NCBI GenBank assembly: GCA_963803435.1
Contig: CAWDML010000008.1
Location: 256,001-320,000 of the forward strand
Length of the DNA stretch: 64,000 nt
Direction: 5' to 3'
From: an uncultured delta proteobacterium
GTDB lineage: Bacteria; Myxococcota; Kuafuiibacteriia; Kuafuiibacteriales; Kuafuiibacteriaceae
Part shown: piece after piece, positions 57,619-64,000 of the stretch
How positions within the stretch are numbered: the stretch's first letter is position 1
Layout of the letters: every line of letters starts with the position of its first letter
Notes under the pieces: model-generated
What the model was told of the DNA's origin: nothing
Database searches by the model: none
What the model saw: only the letters and a program-made list of their open reading frames with translations
Translations under genes and position numbers: made by a program

Positions 57619-58918
57619 CGATTCTCTCCTCGAGGTCGTGGGCCTTACGGGCGGCGAGACGCCACAGCGAGAGCAGGCTCACGACGGACGCGATCGCGAG
57701 ATAGACCGCGATCGACAGCGAAGACTTGTACTTCTGGAAGAGCCACACCGCGATCAGGGGCGCCGGTCCGCCGGAGGTGATCGACGCCAGCTGATAACCG
57801 AGCGACGACCCGCTGTAGCGCAGGCGATCCGGGAAGCTCTCCGCGATCACCGCCGCCTGTGGGCTGTACTGGAGATCGTGGATCGGCTGCGCCACCACCA
57901 TGGCGGCGAAGATCAGCAGGGCGGAGCCGGTGTCGAGCAGCGCGAAGTAGACGAACGGCCAGACCAGCATGACCGCGCACCCGATCGCGATCAGGCGGCG
58001 CCGGCCGATCCGATCGGAGACCACGCCCCAGAGCGGGATCGCCAGCATGGAGACGAGCGCCGCGATCATCACGTTGGTGAGGACGGCGCCGCGCTCCTGT
58101 CCGAGCGTCTGCGTGGCGTAGGTGAGCGCGAAGGTGGTGAAGATGTAGAAGGAGCTCTGCTGGCTGGTGCGGAGGAGCGCGGTCAGCAGGACCTCCCGCC
58201 AGTTGTGGCGGAGCACGCCTGCCACCGGCGTCCGCTCGACGCGGCCCTCCTCGACCATCTTCGCGAACACCGGCGTCTCGAGGATCCCGGTCCGGATGTA
58301 GAAGCCGATCCCGACCAGGACGATGCTCAAGAGGAAGGGTACCCGCCAGCCCCACTTCACGAAGTCGTCGCCCGAGATCCAGGTCATCAGCGAGAGGGCG
58401 CCGTTGGCCAGCACCAGCCCGACCGGCGCCCCCCACTGCGGCCAGCTCGCGGTGAAGCCGCGGTTCTTCTTCTCGCCCCACTCGGTGGCCAGCAGGACCG
58501 AGCCACCCCACTCGCCGCCCACGCCGATCCCCTGGAGGACGCGACCGATCGTGAGGAGCACCGCACCGGTCATTCCGGCGGAGGAGTAGTCGGGGACCAG
58601 GCCGATCGCGCTGGTGGCGACGCCCATCAGGAGCAGCGTGGCGATCAGCGACGCCTTGCGCCCGATGCGGTCACCGTAGTGCCCGAAGATGGCGGCGCCG
58701 AGCGGACGCGAGAGGAACCCCACGAAGTACGTGGAGAACGCCAGCAGCGTGCCGACGTACGGCTCCGACTTGGGGAAGAAGCGCTCGGGAAAGACGAGCG
58801 CGGCCGCCACACCGTAGAGGAAGAAGTCGTACCACTCGATCGCGGTGCCGACCGCCGAGGCGATCACGGCCCGGCGGAGCATCCGGCGGCGATCGGCGGG
58901 CTCCATCCGATCGCTCAT
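57611..58918 (-). CDS. MFS transporter, metabolite:H+ symporter (MHS) family
   Basis: GTAIEWYDF, FGHYGDRIGRK, QGIGVGGEWGG, WGWRVPFL, ETPVF, ESFPDRLRYSG. Confidence 0.95.
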   Translation of the reverse strand: MSDRMEPADRRRMLRRAVIASAVGTAIEWYDFFLYGVAAALVFPERFFPKSEPYVGTLLAFSTYFVGFLSRPLGAAIFGHYGDRIGRKASLIATLLLMGVATSAIGLVPDYSSAGMTGAVLLTIGRVLQGIGVGGEWGGSVLLATEWGEKKNRGFTASWPQWGAPVGLVLANGALSLMTWISGDDFVKWGWRVPFLLSIVLVGIGFYIRTGILETPVFAKMVEEGRVERTPVAGVLRHNWREVLLTALLRTSQQSSFYIFTTFALTYATQTLGQERGAVLTNVMIAALVSMLAIPLWGVVSDRIGRRRLIAIGCAVMLVWPFVYFALLDTGSALLIFAAMVVAQPIHDLQYSPQAAVIAESFPDRLRYSGSSLGYQLASITSGGPAPLIAVWLFQKYKSSLSIAVYLAIASVVSLLSLWRLAARKAHDLEERIDA

Positions 58919-58941
58919 AACCTTTTTGCTATCCTCCTGCC

Positions 58942-59565
58942 ATGGACCGATCGCTCTCGTTCCGCCCCCATCCCTGGCACGGCCTCGATCCCGGCCCGCG
59001 CTTCCCTGAGGTGGTGGTCGCGTACATCGAGATCGTCCCGACCGACGGAGTGAAGTACGAGATCGACAAGCACTCCGGCTATCTCAAGGTCGATCGGCCG
59101 CAGCGGTTCTCCAGCTTCTGCCCGACCCTTTACGGCTTCGTCCCGCGGACCTACTGCGGCGCGTCGGTGGCGAGCCTGTTGCTACCGGGCAGCCCCGCGG
59201 TGGAGCGCGGCGATGGCGATCCGCTCGACATCTGCGTCCTCACGGATCGACCCATCTCCCGTGGCGAGATCCTCCTCGAGGCCCGGCCGATCGGCGGCCT
59301 CCGGATGGTCGAGAAGAGCGAGGCCGACGACAAGATCATCGCCGTGCTGATCGGGGACCCCACCTTCGGTGAGCTCACCGACGTCGCCGACCTCCCCCGG
59401 CCGATCGTGGATCGCCTGCGACATTACTTCCTCACGTACAAGCAGATCCCGGGCGACACCGATCCCACGATCAGCGTCGATCCGATCTACGGTCACGCCT
59501 TCGCCCGCTCGGTGCTCGCCGCCTCGCAGCAGGACTACGAGCGCGAGTTCCCTGCGAACCGCTAA
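58942..59565 (+). CDS. ppa: Inorganic pyrophosphatase (family I)
   Basis: HPWHG, KYEIDK, DRP..YGFVPRTY, GDGDPLDICV, EADDKIIAV. Confidence 0.95.
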   Translation: MDRSLSFRPHPWHGLDPGPRFPEVVVAYIEIVPTDGVKYEIDKHSGYLKVDRPQRFSSFCPTLYGFVPRTYCGASVASLLLPGSPAVERGDGDPLDICVLTDRPISRGEILLEARPIGGLRMVEKSEADDKIIAVLIGDPTFGELTDVADLPRPIVDRLRHYFLTYKQIPGDTDPTISVDPIYGHAFARSVLAASQQDYEREFPANR

Positions 59566-59653
59566 CGAGCTCGACAGCTGGAGCGGAGCAGCGAATACCA
59601 GAACGCCGAAACAGGGAGCAGCGAACGATCGGAGGGGTCAGGACCGGTTCTAC

Positions 59654-60694
59654 CTAACGGAACAGCCCGGGGATCAAGAAGCTCGCCCGAGCGGTCGGAT
59701 CGCTCGCGCTGCCCGAGAGGATCGCACCTGCGATCACCTGCGCTTCGGTCTCCCAGCTGCCGGTCAGCTCCCCCTGCACGTGACGGATGATCGCGACGCT
59801 CTCCTCGAGCCCTCGACGCGCGAGCAGGCCGGCGGCGACCAGCGTCTCCTCGGCCGATCCGCTCCCTCGCGTCGCCGAGAGCAGCGCGCGCGCCTCGTCG
59901 GGATCGCGCCCCGACATCACCAGGGCGGCGGTGATCGCGCCAGGCAGATCCAGCGCACGCCCGGCGCGCGCGCGTGCGTCGTCCACCGAGAGCCCGCCGA
60001 GGAGCGCTGCAGCGGCGACCCGAGGATCCTCGAGCGCGCCGATGATCGCGCGCGCGTGCGGCGCATCGAGCGGGGCGAGCAGGGCGGCCGACCGCGCCAC
60101 GCCCGGCGGCGCGTCGAGCGCCCGCGCGAACGCCGGCGGATCGGCATGGGGGGAGAGCAGGGCCACCGGGGGGAGCTCGTCGTTGGCCAGCGTGCGCAGC
60201 CGACGGGCGGCCTCGTCGGGGGGACGGCCGCTCAGGATCGCCGCCGCGATCGCGTCGGGATCGTCGACGGCGCGGACGACGGCCTCGGCATACGCGACCG
60301 CGTCGTCGGCGCTCCGCCCGACGGCCAGGCCTCCGTACGCCGCCGCCGCCTTGACCGGCCAGTCGCCGGGCACCTCACGCTGGATCTTCTCGGCCACCCG
60401 GATCAGCGCGCGTGCATGCGTCCGTGTCTTGTCCTGATAGAACCGCTCCACGAGCTGCGCGGTGCGGCGCTCGAGGCTGCTGTCAGGCTCGGCCGGTGCG
60501 GCGGGAAAGATCCGCTGCCACCAGTGCGAAGGCTCGCCGGAGGGACGCGCCGCCGCTTCGCGATCGAGCGCCGCCCACACGTCCCCGCGCAGCTTCCTCA
60601 GGGCCGGCTCGAGTGCATCGAACTCTTCATTGGTTTCGGCGCCCGCGATCTGCGCTTCGAGCGCACCGAAGCGGGCTTCGAGGGCGGGGTCCAC
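59654..60694 (-). CDS. Ala-rich helical hypothetical protein
   Basis: 346-aa ORF co-oriented downstream of the response regulator; repeated AAAxLS/GR-like helical units. Confidence 0.6.
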   Translation of the reverse strand: MDPALEARFGALEAQIAGAETNEEFDALEPALRKLRGDVWAALDREAAARPSGEPSHWWQRIFPAAPAEPDSSLERRTAQLVERFYQDKTRTHARALIRVAEKIQREVPGDWPVKAAAAYGGLAVGRSADDAVAYAEAVVRAVDDPDAIAAAILSGRPPDEAARRLRTLANDELPPVALLSPHADPPAFARALDAPPGVARSAALLAPLDAPHARAIIGALEDPRVAAAALLGGLSVDDARARAGRALDLPGAITAALVMSGRDPDEARALLSATRGSGSAEETLVAAGLLARRGLEESVAIIRHVQGELTGSWETEAQVIAGAILSGSASDPTARASFLIPGLFR

Positions 60695-60704
60695 CCGATC
60701 GACT

Positions 60705-61181
60705 CTACACGAACGTCTTTAGGATCTCTTGCTGAATACCTTGCAGGTCGGAGTAGGCCTTGTTGATCTCGTTGATCTTCTCCGCGAGCTTGTGGACCAG
60801 GTGCCGCTTCTCCAGCGCGTTGCGGATCACCAGCCTGAGGTCGTCGTTGTCCCAGGGCTTCTCGATGTACTGATAGAGGCCGACCTCGTTGATCCCTTTG
60901 ATCGCGTTCTCTTTGTCGGCGTAGCCGGTGAGGATGATCCGGGGCGCTTCGGGCTGAAGCTCGCGCACGCGGGCGAGGAAGCTGATGCCGTCCATCTCCG
61001 GCATCAGGTAGTCGGAGATGACCAGGTCCACGCCGTGGGCCTTCACGAACTCGAGAGCCTGCTTCGCCGAGGTGAACGTCTGCACCTCGTACTCCGTCTC
61101 GAGGGAGAGGTAGGCGCTCAGGCTAGTGAGGACCATGTCCTCATCGTCGACGATGACGATCTTCTCCGAGTCCGAGCTCAT
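60705..61181 (-). CDS. Single-domain response regulator with short coiled-coil tail
   Basis: IVIVDDE, VISDYLMPEMDG (phospho-Asp), ILTGY, YQYIEKPW. Confidence 0.93.
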   Translation of the reverse strand: MSSDSEKIVIVDDEDMVLTSLSAYLSLETEYEVQTFTSAKQALEFVKAHGVDLVISDYLMPEMDGISFLARVRELQPEAPRIILTGYADKENAIKGINEVGLYQYIEKPWDNDDLRLVIRNALEKRHLVHKLAEKINEINKAYSDLQGIQQEILKTFV

Positions 61182-61231
61182 CGGCGTTGCTCCTCGCCGA
61201 CGGGACGGCGCCCGTCAAGCAGTTCGCGCGT

Positions 61232-61669
61232 TCACGGGCTTCCGCGTGCCTGAACGTTCCGTCCCAGCGCACGCAAGCGGCGCACGATGGCCTTGAGGAC
61301 CCCCTGGGTGATCTGCACGTTGTCGGCGAGCACGTCGATGAAGTCGGCCTTGTCGATCCGGAGGACCCGGCTCTCCTCGAGCGCGGTGGCGTCGGTGACG
61401 CGCGGCTCGTCGTCGAACAGCGCCCAGGTCCCGAAGGCCTCCCGGTTGCGGGCGACCAGCACCTCGGTCGGGCCTCGGTGGAGTCGGATGGCGCCCTCGA
61501 GGACCAGGTACATCGAGTCCGAGGGGCCCTCGGCCTGGTAGAGCTTGTCGTCCTTCTCGACGACCGACTCCTCGGCGATCGCGGCCAGGATCGCGAGCTG
61601 CTCCGTCGGCACCTCGGAGAAGACGTCGACGTCCTGGAGAAAGATCACCTTCTCGATGACGGTCAGCAA
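61232..61669 (-). CDS. Stand-alone cyclic-nucleotide-binding domain protein
   Basis: IEKVIFLQDVDVFSEV, LYQAEGPSDSMYLVLEG, FGTWALFDDEPRVTDATA. Confidence 0.88.
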   Translation of the reverse strand: MLTVIEKVIFLQDVDVFSEVPTEQLAILAAIAEESVVEKDDKLYQAEGPSDSMYLVLEGAIRLHRGPTEVLVARNREAFGTWALFDDEPRVTDATALEESRVLRIDKADFIDVLADNVQITQGVLKAIVRRLRALGRNVQARGSP

Positions 61670-61673
61670 CCGC

Positions 61674-64000
61674 TCATGGTGTAGTCCACGCCCGCGTCGC
61701 GATCAACGTCGCGGTCTCGCGCACGATCGGATCCGGATCCTGCTTCGCTTGCTCGGCCAGGTCCCGGAGCGCCTCGGCGGGCGCCTCCGGCAGCTCGTAG
61801 AGCGCGCAGGCGCGGAGCCACGCGTCGTCGCCCGCGATCAGATGGGCCAGTGCCGCCACCCGGGTCTCGATCGGCTCGCCGAACGTGGCCCGACCCACCT
61901 CGATCATCCCGGGACCGTCGCTCTGCTCGAGCAGCGGAAGCACCTGGTCGCGGAGATCCTTGCGGACCAAGTTGTCGAGGAGCTCGATCGCGCTGGAGCG
62001 CATCTGCGGTTGTCCGCGGACGTAGCCGTGATACGCGTTCTCCATGTCGTGCGGTCGATAGCGCAGGCCGAGGAGCACGAAGATGCGCTCGAGGACCCGC
62101 TCCTTCTTCTCGGTCAGCGCGCGCCGCAGCAGCTTCCACGACGGTCGATCGGCCCCACCCTCGTCGGGCGCGCCGACGACCGCGATGATCTGCGCCAGGT
62201 GATAGAGCTTGCGCGCCTCGTCGACCACTGCACGTGCGATCGTGGGCCGGTCGATGGTCAGGCGAGGATGCGCGACCCGGAGCTTCGAGAGCGCGCGAGC
62301 GACGTTGGCGCGGACGATCGGGTCGGCGTCCTCGAGATGCCGGAGCAGGAGATCGACCGAGCGCTGCTCCCCGATGTCGCCCAGGACGCGGGGTATGGCG
62401 CGCTGCATCGGGAGGTCGAGGTGGGGGTCGGCGAGCGCGCTCCCCAGCGTCCCCAGGACGACGTGGCCGAGCTTCGCCAGCGCCTGACGCGCCGGGCGCC
62501 GCAGCTGCCTCCGGCTCATCGCGTCCATCAACCAGGGCACGAAGGTGCGATCGCGCGCCGCGCCGAGACCTTCGATCAACGCGATCACCACCCGCGGTGA
62601 GGGGTCGCGGGTGAGCTCTTCCACCAGCGGACGCAGGCCCGGTGATCCTGCGCTGGCGAGCGCGCGTGCAGCCAGCGCCCGCATGCTCTCGTCCTCGACG
62701 GCGATCAATCGCTCGCCGAGCTCAGGCGTGATCAGCCGCTTCACCTCGGCGGCATCGTGACGCGCGATGCATCCCAGCGCCGCCGCCCTGAGCTTGGGAT
62801 CGTCTCCCAGGAGATGGCGTTCGATGCGACCGGTGTCGCCGTCGATCCGACAGGTGAGGAACATCGCCTCCGTGCGCACGCCGTCGTCCGGATCCGCGAG
62901 CAGCCGCTCGCACTGCGTCCGCAGCGACTCGCCGTTCTGGTTGGCCAGCGCGATCAGCGCGCGGCGGCGGACCTCGGGCGAGTGGTGCTCGAGGAGCGAC
63001 GCCAGCCTGTCGACGACGAGCCGGGAGCGGGCGCTCGAGAGGATGTCGAGCACGTAGAGCACGCGGCGCTCGTTGTCGCTCTCGAGCAGTGGGAGCAGCG
63101 CCGAGATCGCGCCGGCCTCGGTGAGGTCGATGCGGAGGTCACTCGGATCGATCTTCTGGCCCTCGAGGGCCTTCCGGAACGCATCGACGTAGGCGCGCCG
63201 CATCCTCCTCGCGAAGAAGAAAGTGACTACCGTGAGCCCGACCGTGATGATGCTGAGCATCCGGTACTCGACGCCGAACGTGCCGGTGACCAGCAGCACC
63301 GCGAGGGCGCCGATCCCGGTGGCCGACGTATCGACGGTGGTATCGAGGAACAGCTTGGTCACCTTCTTCACGTCGGGTGGAACGGGGAGGAACAGGACCT
63401 CGCTCCCCGAGCGGTAGATCGAGTGACGGAAGCCGCCGTCCGCGCCCTTCGCCAGCATCCCTGCGATGAGCCCCGGATAGATGATGATCGCCGCCGAGCC
63501 GAGCCCCATCGTCACCGGCAGGATCAGGATCGCGACCCCGACGCCGAGAGAACGAAGGATCCAGGGCGTCACGAGCAGCTGGAAGAGGAACCCGAAGGCG
63601 GAGAGATAGGCGAAGAAGGAGCCGAAGAACGCGGTCTTCGCGTCCCGGTCCGGATACGCGTGGTCGACGATCGCGTTGAACTGGATGTCCACCACCACGG
63701 CGATGATCGCGATCAGCGCCGCCGTGATCGCGATGGAAGAGAGGAGCTTCGACTCGAAGATCGCCTCGAGCCCGACGGGTGCCTCATTCCGGGTCCTCTT
63801 CTGGGAGGAGGGCTCGATCGAGGGGACCAAACTGAGCAGGAGCAGCGAGAGGCCGATGAGGAAGATGCAGACGATCAGCAGGTTCTCCGTGCCGACGATC
63901 CCGGCGATCTGACCGGTGGCGGCGCCGCCCGCGATGGCCCCGGCGATTCCGCCGGTACCGATGAAGCCGAAGACGCGGCGCGCCTCCCGCGGCGTGAACA
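61674..64000 (-). CDS. NTT (ATP/ADP translocase-like) MFS domain fused to HEAT repeats; 5' part lies beyond the window
   Basis: FTPREARRVFGFIGTG, VDIQFN, FRHSIYRSGSEVLFLPVP..KLFLDT; HEAT repeats (LLADPDDGVRTEAM, DPDPIVRETA). Confidence 0.88.
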   Translation of the reverse strand, partial: FTPREARRVFGFIGTGGIAGAIAGGAATGQIAGIVGTENLLIVCIFLIGLSLLLLSLVPSIEPSSQKRTRNEAPVGLEAIFESKLLSSIAITAALIAIIAVVVDIQFNAIVDHAYPDRDAKTAFFGSFFAYLSAFGFLFQLLVTPWILRSLGVGVAILILPVTMGLGSAAIIIYPGLIAGMLAKGADGGFRHSIYRSGSEVLFLPVPPDVKKVTKLFLDTTVDTSATGIGALAVLLVTGTFGVEYRMLSIITVGLTVVTFFFARRMRRAYVDAFRKALEGQKIDPSDLRIDLTEAGAISALLPLLESDNERRVLYVLDILSSARSRLVVDRLASLLEHHSPEVRRRALIALANQNGESLRTQCERLLADPDDGVRTEAMFLTCRIDGDTGRIERHLLGDDPKLRAAALGCIARHDAAEVKRLITPELGERLIAVEDESMRALAARALASAGSPGLRPLVEELTRDPSPRVVIALIEGLGAARDRTFVPWLMDAMSRRQLRRPARQALAKLGHVVLGTLGSALADPHLDLPMQRAIPRVLGDIGEQRSVDLLLRHLEDADPIVRANVARALSKLRVAHPRLTIDRPTIARAVVDEARKLYHLAQIIAVVGAPDEGGADRPSWKLLRRALTEKKERVLERIFVLLGLRYRPHDMENAYHGYVRGQPQMRSSAIELLDNLVRKDLRDQVLPLLEQSDGPGMIEVGRATFGEPIETRVAALAHLIAGDDAWLRACALYELPEAPAEALRDLAEQAKQDPDPIVRETATLIATRAWTTP

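Noticed and set aside
1-64000. Numerous long antisense and alternate-frame ORFs
   Set aside because: Expected in high-GC DNA; they are R/G/P/A-rich, have no motifs and lie over well-supported genes.
1-64000. CRISPR arrays, tRNA/rRNA, transposases, integrases, prophage
   Set aside because: No regularly spaced repeats, RNA gene signatures or mobile-element motifs seen by eye; small ncRNAs cannot be excluded without a covariance search.

Overview
High-GC bacterial chromosome segment, very likely from a myxobacterium (Myxococcota): it carries MYXO-CTERM-like sorting tails, an AglQ/AglS-like ExbD pair and a GltD/AgmU-like domain. I found no rRNA, tRNA, CRISPR array or transposase. Housekeeping and metabolic genes are gatB, mtnA, an acyl-CoA dehydrogenase, ppx and ppa. 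Transport genes are a complete TtpC-type (TonB2) energising operon with a TonB-dependent receptor, a MacAB-TolC-like exporter, and DASS, NCS1, MFS and NTT-HEAT transporters. Other genes include a TetR/P450 pair, an ECF sigma/anti-sigma pair and many surface or secreted proteins. Best candidates for an undescribed system: (1) a translationally coupled operon of a cation:proton antiporter, a ~1460-aa antiporter-helical-AAA ATPase-winged-helix fusion and an MscS-like channel; (2) a patatin phospholipase fused to a catalytically dead GGDEF domain that keeps the RxxD c-di-GMP site; (3) the TonB2 operon and receptor followed by a lamin-tail/OB-fold surface protein and ppx; (4) signal-peptide-less hydrolase genes that share a sigma-28-like CCGAT(AA) element. 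Four or five frameshifts look like assembly indels, and one gene has a large internal deletion. All family calls come from motif recognition by eye, not from database searches.
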